Below, in pieces: positions 10,407 to 18,792 of a stretch of 64,000 bases of DNA. Source of the stretch: an uncultured delta proteobacterium (GTDB taxonomy: Bacteria > Myxococcota_A > Polyangia > Fen-1088). Location: contig CAWCMR010000005.1 in NCBI GenBank assembly GCA_963796685.1, forward strand, positions 64,001-128,000. Reading direction: 5' to 3'. Below the pieces are notes generated by a model. That model was given only the letters and a program-made list of their open reading frames with translations. It had not been told where the DNA came from and searched no databases. The position numbers and the translations under genes were made by a program. How positions within the stretch are numbered: position 1 is the first letter of the stretch; the number at the start of each line of letters is the position of its first letter.

Positions 10407-11402
10407 ATGCATGTGGGCAAAGACACGGTTGTGGTGATAACGGGCGCCTCGGGCGGTGTGGGCCGGGCCACCGCCCGCCTGTTCGGCGAGCGCAGGGCCA
10501 AGCTGGCCCTGCTGGCCCGGGGTCGCGATGGCGTCGAGGCCGCAAAACGCGACGTGGAAGAGCGCGGCGGTCGCGCCCTGGCCATCCCCACCGACGTCAG
10601 TCAGTTCGCCGAAGTGGAAGCCGCCGCCGCGCAGGTCGAACGTGAGCTGGGGCCCATCGACGTGTGGATCAACAACGCCATGGTCTCGATGTACAGCCCG
10701 TTCTTGCAGATGCGAGCTGACGAGTTTCGCCACATCACCGAGGTGACTTTCCTGGGCACCGTGCACGGGACCAAGGCGGCCCTGACCCGCATGATCGAGC
10801 GCGACCGCGGCGTCATCGTGCAAGTCGGCTCGGCGCTGGCGTTCCGGTCGATTCCCCTGCAAAGCGCCTACTGTGCCAGCAAACACGCCATCCAGGGCTT
10901 CACGGAATCGCTGATGTCCGAGCTGATTCACGAGGGCAGCCACCTCCACGTCGCGGTGGTGAACATGCCTGCGCTGAATACCACGCAGTTCACCTGGACC
11001 AAGAACCGCATGCCCAACAAGGTCCGGCCAGTCGGCACGATCTACCAGCCCGAGGTCGCAGCCGACGCCATCCTATTCGCGATCGAGCACCGGCGTCGGG
11101 TAATCAAGGTCGGCTACACCACGGTCAAGGCGACCTTGGGCGAGAAGATCATCCCCGGCTTGCTCGACCATCACCTCGCCACAGCGGCCTGGGACGGGGC
11201 CATGTTGCCCGATTTGGAAACCTCGGGTCGGCCGGACAACTTCTGGCAGCCTCTCCCCGGCGACCACGGTGCGCACGGCGACTTCGATGTGAACGCGAAA
11301 CGGTTCAGCCTCGAGCTGTGGCTGGACAAGCGCCGTTGGGGCGTCGCGGCTGCGGTGTTGCTGGCAGCAGCGGGGCTGTGGCTGTGGAAAGAGCGCCGGT
11401 GA
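10407..11402 (+). CDS. SDR family oxidoreductase with C-terminal TM tail
   Basis: TGASGGVG, NNA and YCASK motifs; RBS GGAGGAG. Confidence 0.92.
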   Translation: MHVGKDTVVVITGASGGVGRATARLFGERRAKLALLARGRDGVEAAKRDVEERGGRALAIPTDVSQFAEVEAAAAQVERELGPIDVWINNAMVSMYSPFLQMRADEFRHITEVTFLGTVHGTKAALTRMIERDRGVIVQVGSALAFRSIPLQSAYCASKHAIQGFTESLMSELIHEGSHLHVAVVNMPALNTTQFTWTKNRMPNKVRPVGTIYQPEVAADAILFAIEHRRRVIKVGYTTVKATLGEKIIPGLLDHHLATAAWDGAMLPDLETSGRPDNFWQPLPGDHGAHGDFDVNAKRFSLELWLDKRRWGVAAAVLLAAAGLWLWKERR

Positions 11403-11422
11403 GGTGCTCCGAGGTGCCCGAA

Positions 11423-12523
11423 TCAGATTCGGTATCGCTCCGCATCGGCGTGTTTCAACACCAGACCGTGGCCGGGTCGGCCGGGATCCGGCTTGAGCGC
11501 GCCTTGCCTCACCCCCAAAGCACCGTCGAAGAGAATGGCGTCGATGCGCACGTGGTCGTGAAAGTACTCGACATGCCGGATGGACGAGACGCTACAGGCT
11601 ACGTGCGAGTGCAGCTGGGGGGCGCAGTGGGCAGACAGCGGAATGGCGAAAGCCTCGCACAAGGCGCCGACTTTGCGGAAACCGGTATAGCCACCGCAGC
11701 GGGTGACGTCGGCCTGCATGCAATCGACTGCTCGGCTTTCCAGCATGCGGCGGAAGTAGTCGAGGGTATCGCCGTACTCCCCGGCGGCGATGTCCATGCC
11801 GGCGGGGCTTCGCTCGCGCAGGAAGCGCAGGCCTGCCAGGTCGCGAGAGGGGCGGGGCTCTTCCAACCATACGACCCGCGACTCGTCGTGGAATCGCTCG
11901 GCCAGAGCCAGTGCCTGCTTGCGGCTGTAGGCGCCGTTGGCGTCGACAAACAGATCGACCCCGGGACCGATCGCCCTCCGGGCGGCGGCCACCCGCGCGG
12001 GATCGGCCTCGGGGACACGCCCCACTTTCATCTTGACGCTGGTGATGCCCATTCCTGCCCAGCTGGCAAGTTGCTCGCACAGCCTGCTTTCGCTGTAACT
12101 GGTAAAGCCGCCGCTGCCGTAGACAGGGGCCGCCTCACGCACCTGACCCAAAAGCTGCATGACGGGAACGCCGAGTAGCTTTGCATGCAGATCCCACAGC
12201 GCAATGTCCACCGCGGCGATGGCCATCGAGCCAGCGCCGGGTAGGCCGACATTGCGCAACCGCTGGCACATGGTGTGCCACACTGCCTCGGTGTTGTGTG
12301 CCGGCTGGCCCAGCACACACTCGCGCAGGATCCCGTCGATCAGCGCGGCAGTGGCAGAGCTGGCATAGGTCCACCCTAGCCCGGTTTCGCCACCAGCGGA
12401 CAGCTGCACCACGACGACGTCGGTGTACGTCCACTCAAGCGTGCCATCCGACTCAAGCGCGTCGGTTGGCACACGGTAAGTCGCAAGGTCCAGGCGATCG
12501 ATGTTCATGCTTGCGACTCTCAC
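11423..12523 (-). CDS. Mandelate racemase/enolase-superfamily protein
   Basis: AVDIALWDL, KMKVG, FVDANG, WLEEP, AAGEY and SAHCAP motifs. Confidence 0.9.
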   Translation of the reverse strand: MRVASMNIDRLDLATYRVPTDALESDGTLEWTYTDVVVVQLSAGGETGLGWTYASSATAALIDGILRECVLGQPAHNTEAVWHTMCQRLRNVGLPGAGSMAIAAVDIALWDLHAKLLGVPVMQLLGQVREAAPVYGSGGFTSYSESRLCEQLASWAGMGITSVKMKVGRVPEADPARVAAARRAIGPGVDLFVDANGAYSRKQALALAERFHDESRVVWLEEPRPSRDLAGLRFLRERSPAGMDIAAGEYGDTLDYFRRMLESRAVDCMQADVTRCGGYTGFRKVGALCEAFAIPLSAHCAPQLHSHVACSVSSIRHVEYFHDHVRIDAILFDGALGVRQGALKPDPGRPGHGLVLKHADAERYRI

Positions 12524-14319
12524 TTGACCTTCTGCGGAATCAGGCTCTCCACCACTCCCTTGAAGGCCTGCTTGACGATGCCCGCTTCATGAGAATCGCC
12601 ACGAAGGATGGTTTCGGTAAAGTTCTTGGCTTGCTGGAAGGTAATGTGCGGCGGCAGCGTCGGCGTATCAGGATCGGTAACCGCCTCGACGATGACGGGG
12701 CGATCGCTGACGAGCGCTCGGTCCCACGCTTCCCCCAGTTGCTCGGCCTTCTCGACCCTTATTCCGCGCAGTCCAATCGACTCGGCGAAGCCAGCGTAGG
12801 GGAAGTCCGGCAACCTCTGGCTCGCATCGAACCGCACGTCGCCCATCGCGATTCGCTGCTCCCACGTGACTTGGTTGAGATCCCTGTTGTTGAGCACCAA
12901 CGTGATCCAGTGCGGGTCGCCCCATTCCTTCCAGTATTTGGCCACCGTGATGGTTGCGTTCAGCCCGTTCATCTGCATGGCTCCGTCTCCCGTGACGGCT
13001 ATGCAGACCCGTTCCGGGTAGCAAAATTTCGCGGCTACGGCGTAAGGCACGGCAGCTCCCATCGAGGCCAAATTGCCCGACCCGCTTGCCAGCATGCCGG
13101 ACCGCACCTTGAGATCCCGAGCGTACCAATTGGCCGAAGTTCCGCTGTCCGCCGCAAGAATGCAACGTTCGGGCAACCTCGAGCTCAACTCCCAAAAAAC
13201 CCGCTCGGGGTTCAGTGTTCCTTGGTTGCCCGCGCTCATGGCGCGTCCCTCGACCACCTGCCACCAATCCTTCACATTGGCGCTCACCCTCTCCTGCCAT
13301 GCTCGGTCGTGCTTGCGCTCGAGCAACTTGGCGAGGGCGCTGAGGGTTTGTCGGGCGTCGCCTTTCAAATTGACGTCCATCGGAAAACGCAGGCTCAGCA
13401 GGCGCCCGTCGATGTCGATCTGAACCGCACGGACCTTGCCCGGCTTGGGATAGAATTCGGCATAGGGGAAGCTACTCCCGACCACGAGAAGGGTATCGCA
13501 CTCTTGCATGAGGTCCCAGCTCGGCTTGCTGCCGAGTAGGCCGATGTGTCCCGTGCAGTAGGGCACGCCGTCCGCAATCACCGCCTTGCCAAGCCAACTC
13601 TTCGCCACGCCGGCACCCAACAGATCGGCAACATGCAGGACCTCTTTCTCGGCGCCAAGCGCGCCTGCCCCGACCAGCATCGCGACCTTGCTGCCTTGGT
13701 TCAAAAGGTTTGCCGCCGCCTGCAGGTCTTCTGCATGCGGAACGATATACGCCACTGGGCAACCGATTCCCGACAGCGCATGATCGTGTCGCTGCGGAGG
13801 GCTCGGAACTGCGGCCTCCTCCTGGATGTCCTTGGGGAAAATGAGACAGGTTACGGTCTGTTGATCCAGGGCGATTCGAAAAGCCCTATCTATGCAGTGA
13901 CGAACCGCCGTCGGGCTTGCAACCGTCACGCAGAATTCGCTGGCGACGTCTTTGAAGAGGGTTTGCAAGTCGACCTCCTGTTGATACTGGCTGCCGATTG
14001 CGGTGGTTGCCGATTGCCCCACGATGGCCACCACCGGCTGGTGATCCATTTTCGCATCGTAAAGGCCGTTCAAGAGGTGGATGGCGCCGGGGCCGCTGGT
14101 TGCCATACAGACGCCAACTTGACGGGTATATTTCGCATGTCCCGAGGCCATGAATGCGGCAAGCTCTTCGTGACGGGCTTGGATGAAACGTGGCTTATCG
14201 CCATTTCTTCGTATTCCCGCTGTGAGTCCGTTGATTCCATCGCCCGGGTACCCGTAGACCCGCTTGACACCCCATTGCTGCATGCGCTCCGCTACATACT
14301 GTCCCACAATCATGGCCAT
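12520..14319 (-). CDS. Thiamine pyrophosphate-requiring enzyme (pyruvate oxidase/decarboxylase-like)
   Basis: GYPGDGIN, RHEELAAFMA, TSGPGAIHLLNGLYDA and GDGAMQM..LNN TPP motif. Confidence 0.92.
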   Translation of the reverse strand: MAMIVGQYVAERMQQWGVKRVYGYPGDGINGLTAGIRRNGDKPRFIQARHEELAAFMASGHAKYTRQVGVCMATSGPGAIHLLNGLYDAKMDHQPVVAIVGQSATTAIGSQYQQEVDLQTLFKDVASEFCVTVASPTAVRHCIDRAFRIALDQQTVTCLIFPKDIQEEAAVPSPPQRHDHALSGIGCPVAYIVPHAEDLQAAANLLNQGSKVAMLVGAGALGAEKEVLHVADLLGAGVAKSWLGKAVIADGVPYCTGHIGLLGSKPSWDLMQECDTLLVVGSSFPYAEFYPKPGKVRAVQIDIDGRLLSLRFPMDVNLKGDARQTLSALAKLLERKHDRAWQERVSANVKDWWQVVEGRAMSAGNQGTLNPERVFWELSSRLPERCILAADSGTSANWYARDLKVRSGMLASGSGNLASMGAAVPYAVAAKFCYPERVCIAVTGDGAMQMNGLNATITVAKYWKEWGDPHWITLVLNNRDLNQVTWEQRIAMGDVRFDASQRLPDFPYAGFAESIGLRGIRVEKAEQLGEAWDRALVSDRPVIVEAVTDPDTPTLPPHITFQQAKNFTETILRGDSHEAGIVKQAFKGVVESLIPQKVK

Positions 14320-14353
14320 ATGTTCCTTTGTGTCCCGCTTGCAACAGCACGGC

Positions 14354-14369
14354 TGCAAATTGCACACCA
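14354..14369 (-). promoter_or_regulatory. sigma54 -24/-12 promoter for the TPP-enzyme/enolase operon
   Basis: Minus strand TGGTGTGCAATTTGCA. Confidence 0.62.
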
Positions 14370-14746
14370 ACGTGAGTGACGCGCATCGCGGGACACCTCA
14401 CTACCAGCGGTGCCTCTCCGCTACCCGTTCCGCCCTTGGAGTTCCGATGGCGGTCTTTGCATTCCGTCGTTCCTCGGGCTGGCGCAGGTCACGTCACCGA
14501 GGGCTACGGTAAGGAAACACAGGTTTCCATTTGGTATCGGGCGTTCGAGCTTGGATTCAGCCAGAGCTCCAGCCAGCCTTCCGCGCGTTCTCGGAGAAGA
14601 GTGGGGTCGAGCTCCTGGCACGTCGAGTAGGGGCAATCGTCGTGGTGCCAATGGTATTCCCGCGCCCTGACGCAATTCTTCGTGGCGTCGCGTGGAAACA
14701 CGGCGTGGATCCGGGTCGCGGACTCCGGGGCGTCAAACGTTCGCCT

Positions 14747-14762
14747 GGGCCCGGCAATTGCA
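14747..14762 (+). promoter_or_regulatory. sigma54 -24/-12 promoter for the csbD-like gene
   Basis: GGGCCCGGCAATTGCA. Confidence 0.55.
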
Positions 14763-14787
14763 GAGTTTGCCAGGTAGGAGGTTCAAC

Positions 14788-15021
14788 ATGAACTCAGACA
14801 TCTTGAAGGGGAAGTGGACCGAGATGAAGGGGCAGTTGCAACGGAAGTGGGGAAAGCTCAGTGACTCGGACTACGACGAAATCGCTGGCAACGTGGATGT
14901 GCTGGTAGGCCGCCTGCAACAACGCTATGGCTATCAAAGGGAGCGCGCAGAGCGCGAGGTGCACGATGTTATCAAACAACTAGCAGCCGAGAGTGCGGGC
15001 GGAGGTCCCGGCCGGGTCTGA
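14788..15021 (+). CDS. CsbD family general stress protein
   Basis: MNSDILKGKWTEMKGQLQRKWGKLSDSD...LVGRLQQRYG; RBS AGGAGG. Confidence 0.92.
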   Translation: MNSDILKGKWTEMKGQLQRKWGKLSDSDYDEIAGNVDVLVGRLQQRYGYQRERAEREVHDVIKQLAAESAGGGPGRV

Positions 15022-15089
15022 ATCTTTTTGGTCCCTAGCTCCGACCTTCGGCCAGATCCAGCCGGTGGTGGCTTTGCCAGGCCGAGTTG

Positions 15090-15105
15090 TGGCATGGCCA
15101 GTGCA
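15090..15105 (+). promoter_or_regulatory. sigma54 -24/-12 promoter
   Basis: TGGCATGGCCAGTGCA, 25 bp upstream of ATG 15130. Confidence 0.65.
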
Positions 15106-15129
15106 TTCAGCTCGAGATGAGGTGAATCC

Positions 15130-15630
15130 ATGAGATCAGCAATCATTGCAGCACTTACGTTGACGTTCGCCCCCTCCCTCGCACTGGCGAAGTCCGCGAC
15201 AGAGAAGTCGTTCCCGCCCGTCCGCTCGCTACCAGCAATCGTCGCGGACAGTGTCGTAGTCAATCCCTCGGGAACGACTGCCGCTCCCGCGCCCGTGGTC
15301 GCTGCCCCCCAAGTGGTCGAGGGTAGTCCGCGGCGCACCACGGTTCTCCACGAAGAGGAGCACAACTACATGAGCACGATTGCCGTCAACACCTTCATGG
15401 GAGGCCTGGCAGGTGTTCTTATAGGCGGAGCCATCTACTACCTGGGCAGCCGCAACCACGCCTATCGGATCGGATACTGGGCTGCCGGTGGCGTGTTGGT
15501 TGGTGCAGCCGTTGGAGTCACGCAGGTATTGGTTCAAGAGAGTCGTGCGGAAGCGGCCGTGGCGGCAACGCGGTCCTTGCAAGATCCCGCCATGACCTTC
15601 CGGGTTGCTTTGTTTCATCGGTCGTTCTAG
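15130..15630 (+). CDS. Hypothetical exported protein with two glycine-rich TM helices
   Basis: Signal peptide (SLALA), GxxxG-type helices; RBS GAGG. Confidence 0.7.
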   Translation: MRSAIIAALTLTFAPSLALAKSATEKSFPPVRSLPAIVADSVVVNPSGTTAAPAPVVAAPQVVEGSPRRTTVLHEEEHNYMSTIAVNTFMGGLAGVLIGGAIYYLGSRNHAYRIGYWAAGGVLVGAAVGVTQVLVQESRAEAAVAATRSLQDPAMTFRVALFHRSF

Positions 15631-15652
15631 CAACGCTACGGGGACGTGACGC

Positions 15653-16759
15653 CTACTCCGAGCGTCCATGACCCGACATGGCCAACCGCTTGTCCCACGG
15701 CTCGGAGATCGTGGGAATGGTTCTGGTTACTTCCTCTTCCATCGGGTGCACAATCCTGGGCACTGCCCAAGGCGGGGAGGCGAACGGCCTCGTGCTCACG
15801 GGTGGGACCGCGTGAAGGACGAACGGCGTCGAGGTCCTCCGGCCCGCAGGCCCAAACGCGGAGGTTGCTTCTGACAATTGGCCATCGGTGTGAAGGGCCC
15901 GATGGAGTGCCTCCCCAAAGGCCAGGACAGACACGAAACGGTCGTGCGGCGACTTGGCCATTCCTCGTCGCAGGACCTGCTCCACGGCGGGCAGCGAGCA
16001 GTCGTTCAACGGCAAGGGATCGCGGTTGACGACGTTGTATAGGATGGAGATGGCGGTAGCACCACGCCACGGCAGTCTGCCCGTCAGCAGCAGGTAGCTC
16101 GTTACGGCAAGCGCAAATTGGTCGCAATGAGCTCCCACGTCCCCGCTCTCTACCTGTTCGGGCGCAATGAAAGGAGGGGTTCCCTCCAGTGCGACCTTGC
16201 AGTCGAGATTGTTGCGCCGAACATCCCTGGAGATGCCAAAGTCGATAATCTTGACGATATCGCTCTCCTGCTCGCACGGCACAATCATGATGTTGCTCGG
16301 CTTGAGATCCTGGTGAACGACTCCGACCCGATGTGCAGCATGAAGCCCGTGAGCGACTTGACGAACAATGGAAGCAACCTGTGCAATGGGCAGTAAGGGT
16401 TGTTTCATCAAGATCTCGGCCAGATTCTTGCCCGGGAGGAATTCCATGACCAGGTAGGGAAGCCCCGTGTCGGTCCGGTTGAAATCCATGAGCTGCACGA
16501 CGTTCGGGTGATGGATGGTTCCCATCGCGATGGCTTCATGGCGAAATCGCTCGATTGCCTCCTCGCTCTGACATCCGGGCGGCAACACCTTGACCACGAA
16601 CTTGCCCGGCATACGTTCGTGAGAGGCGAGATACAGCACACCCATGCCACCACGACCAAGCTGCTTGAGAAGACGGTAGGTCCCCCCTAACACAGCCCCT
16701 GGCGCGAAGGCACGCGCCTTGTCGTCCAACCTGCGCTTGTTTAGAGTCGATTTCCTCAC
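15653..16759 (-). CDS. Hanks-type Ser/Thr protein kinase (non-RD)
   Basis: LGRGGMG, VVKVL, HQDLKPSN, DFG and APE motifs. Confidence 0.92.
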   Translation of the reverse strand: MRKSTLNKRRLDDKARAFAPGAVLGGTYRLLKQLGRGGMGVLYLASHERMPGKFVVKVLPPGCQSEEAIERFRHEAIAMGTIHHPNVVQLMDFNRTDTGLPYLVMEFLPGKNLAEILMKQPLLPIAQVASIVRQVAHGLHAAHRVGVVHQDLKPSNIMIVPCEQESDIVKIIDFGISRDVRRNNLDCKVALEGTPPFIAPEQVESGDVGAHCDQFALAVTSYLLLTGRLPWRGATAISILYNVVNRDPLPLNDCSLPAVEQVLRRGMAKSPHDRFVSVLAFGEALHRALHTDGQLSEATSAFGPAGRRTSTPFVLHAVPPVSTRPFASPPWAVPRIVHPMEEEVTRTIPTISEPWDKRLAMSGHGRSE

Positions 16760-16787
16760 TGGCCCCTCTCTCTAGCGATAACTGCCT

Positions 16788-16803
16788 AGCGATAATTGTG
16801 CCG
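16788..16803 (-). promoter_or_regulatory. sigma54 -24/-12 promoter for the kinase gene
   Basis: Minus strand CGGCACAATTATCGCT. Confidence 0.62.
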
Positions 16804-16876
16804 AAAAGGCTCGGAATCCGGTGACGTAAGCCGAGTGGGTATGTCACCGCTGCGAAACCTCCGAGGCGCCCGCTGG

Positions 16877-17455
16877 TCACGTTCGAGGAAGAATGACCAG
16901 CGCGAGTTGGTGGGCCGCATGCCACTCGGCCATGAGCAGACTCGGATCCATGCGACGCCAAGATCCCCTTGGATCCGCCACAAGCACCGCCTTCGTGACA
17001 GGATTGACACCCGCAACCACAACATAGTGCCCAATGCGACGCGAGCCGTTCTGCTCGACCAGACCGATAATTACCGGACGGCCCCTGGAGATCTCGTAGG
17101 TCAGATCGTCAAACACTCCTTCCACCAGAAAGGCCCGGACACCATGTTGCCAGGCCGCCGCTTTCAACCGACTCGCTTCCAACCCCTGGGGCGAAGAGCC
17201 CAAAGCCCTTCTCACCTCGGACAGGTCGATCTGGGGTCGCCAGAACGCCAACACTGTGGTCAGCGCCGCAACCCCACAGTCGGCCTCTTGATGGACAGGA
17301 AACAAGCGGACCCCAGGAATTTCAACCCAATGCGGATCCGATGAGATTGGGCCGGTCTGACTCGTGGCGCAGCCCGCGAACACACACAGCAGTAGGCATG
17401 ATTTGACGCGACCAACGCGAGCGCGAACAAGCCCTCTGGCCACGCTCGGATTCAT
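16877..17455 (-). CDS. Stand-alone C39-family cysteine peptidase, probable lipoprotein
   Basis: QEADCGVAAL...GHYVVV...ADP catalytic Cys/His/Asp; lipobox FAGC. Confidence 0.82.
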   Translation of the reverse strand: MNPSVARGLVRARVGRVKSCLLLCVFAGCATSQTGPISSDPHWVEIPGVRLFPVHQEADCGVAALTTVLAFWRPQIDLSEVRRALGSSPQGLEASRLKAAAWQHGVRAFLVEGVFDDLTYEISRGRPVIIGLVEQNGSRRIGHYVVVAGVNPVTKAVLVADPRGSWRRMDPSLLMAEWHAAHQLALVILPRT

Positions 17456-17766
17456 AGGATGAGCAAGGCGATAACCACCACCAACGCCAGCGCTACCACC
17501 CCGCCACCAAGGTAAATGCTCACACCTTCTCCGCCGCGAAATTTTCCCAGCTCCTTCGGGGTTCGCTTCTCACGCGCCGCATAGCGAGCAAGCTCATTCG
17601 CGTCGACCGGAGCTGCACGAGCAGGTTTTTCGACAGCGCGCGTGACCGTGGTCGCCGCGGTCGACGCCCCCACGGCCTCGGCCGATGCCATGGGAACCGC
17701 CGCTATCCAGAACCCCACAATGAAGATCAACCCTCGCAGTGTCATCAGGAACCTCCTCTGGCTCAT
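17452..17766 (-). CDS. Small exported protein with a double-glycine motif and hydrophobic C-terminal tail
   Basis: Signal peptide; ...ELGKFRGG|EGVSIYLGGGVVALALVVVIALLIL; ATGA overlap with the peptidase gene. Confidence 0.7.
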   Translation of the reverse strand: MSQRRFLMTLRGLIFIVGFWIAAVPMASAEAVGASTAATTVTRAVEKPARAAPVDANELARYAAREKRTPKELGKFRGGEGVSIYLGGGVVALALVVVIALLIL

Positions 17767-17780
17767 CTCGTGCCGCTAGG

Positions 17781-17797
17781 TACAAAGTCTGTGCCAA
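17781..17797 (-). promoter_or_regulatory. sigma54-like promoter variant for the GG-protein/C39 operon
   Basis: Minus strand TTGGCACAGACTTTGTA (consensus -24; GT instead of GC at -12). Confidence 0.45.
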
Positions 17798-17959
17798 CGA
17801 CACATTCGCTGAGTCCTGCGAGAAGCGTCCCCAACGCCAATTGGCTTGGCGCATGGATCCGATGCGACCCCGGTTACGCTTCTGTTACATCGGGTACGTC
17901 GCGGTTACCTCGGGTATGGATCGTCCAAGTCGTGGGACGCTCGTGTCTGCCCTGTGCAT

Positions 17960-17975
17960 TGGCCCAGACTGTGCA
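17960..17975 (+). promoter_or_regulatory. sigma54 -24/-12 promoter for YHS/DUF3309
   Basis: TGGCCCAGACTGTGCA. Confidence 0.6.
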
Positions 17976-18025
17976 GTAGTACGGGTCCGCAGTCAGGTGA
18001 AGCAACAAACTACGGGAGGTGTTCA

Positions 18026-18244
18026 ATGGCGACTCAGAGAACAACACACTCGCTGGATGAAGGACGCATCACTTTTGAAGACCCCAGCCATACCAAGCCC
18101 AAGGATCCAGTCTGCGAGATGGATGTGGATCCGAATGGTGAGGGCACGCAAACGCTGGTTCACGGTGGCAAGACCTACTTCTTCTGCTCGGAAGAATGTA
18201 GGGACAATTTCGCATCTGATCCGGACAAGTTCGTCCCCAACTAG
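18026..18244 (+). CDS. YHS/TRASH domain protein
   Basis: KDPVCEMDVDP...GKTYFFCSEECRDNF; RBS GGAGG. Confidence 0.9.
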   Translation: MATQRTTHSLDEGRITFEDPSHTKPKDPVCEMDVDPNGEGTQTLVHGGKTYFFCSEECRDNFASDPDKFVPN

Positions 18245-18266
18245 CCCCTGGCTGGACAGGAAGACC

Positions 18267-18419
18267 ATGCGAGCCATACTCATCATCATTATCGTGCTCC
18301 TACTGGTAGGGGCTCTCCCAACATGGCCTTATAGTTCTGGGTGGGGCTACTATCCCAGTGGTGGGCTCGGACTCTTATTGGTAATTCTCTTCGTTCTCAT
18401 GCTGCTTGGCCATATTTGA
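18267..18419 (+). CDS. DUF3309 family small membrane protein
   Basis: LVGALPTWPYSSGWGYYPSGGLGLLL signature. Confidence 0.9.
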   Translation: MRAILIIIIVLLLVGALPTWPYSSGWGYYPSGGLGLLLVILFVLMLLGHI

Positions 18420-18464
18420 ATCATTGGCCGCTTGCCTCGGCCGGCGTGGTGCTTGGGGTCGCGG

Positions 18465-18480
18465 CGGCACGTCGATTGCA
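18465..18480 (+). promoter_or_regulatory. sigma54 -24/-12 promoter
   Basis: CGGCACGTCGATTGCA, near consensus, 20 bp upstream of ATG 18501. Confidence 0.65.
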
Positions 18481-18500
18481 CCCGGAAAGTAGGGCTTCCG

Positions 18501-18647
18501 ATGAAGAGACTCTTGCTGCTGATGCTCTTGGTCGCCGTCGAGCTTGGCGGATGTTACGTAGGGGTGCGCGGATGTGGATGCGGACGCGAGCACCGTGGAT
18601 TCCATGAGGGCAGACCGGCCGGCTGCGGGTTTTCATGCGGGGCCTGA
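18501..18647 (+). CDS. Putative small Cys/Gly-rich lipoprotein (48 aa)
   Basis: MKRLLLLMLLVAVELGGC lipoprotein-like signal; has its own sigma54 motif upstream. Confidence 0.45.
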   Translation: MKRLLLLMLLVAVELGGCYVGVRGCGCGREHRGFHEGRPAGCGFSCGA

Positions 18648-18717
18648 GCCCGCAGGACGACGACGAAGGTCTCGCCCCCGACCATCGCGGTCCGCTACGA
18701 CGCGGCTCGTTGCCGCC

Positions 18718-18766
18718 TGGCTCACGGGAGCTGGGAGTAGGTCACGGGGTTCGGGTAGTTGCCGGT
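18718..18766. repeat. 49-bp direct repeat, left copy (duplicate of the GH8 gene 3' end)
   Basis: TGGCTCACGGGAGCTGGGAGTAGGTCACGGGGTTCGGGTAGTTGCCGGT, identical to 19571-19619. Confidence 0.95.
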
Positions 18767-18792
18767 TGCGCGCTGGCTGACGGCGGGACCAT

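Noticed and set aside
14421-14701. Small ORFs between the TPP gene and csbD
   Set aside because: No recognisable motif, RBS or codon bias; the interval more likely holds regulatory DNA for two divergent sigma54 promoters.
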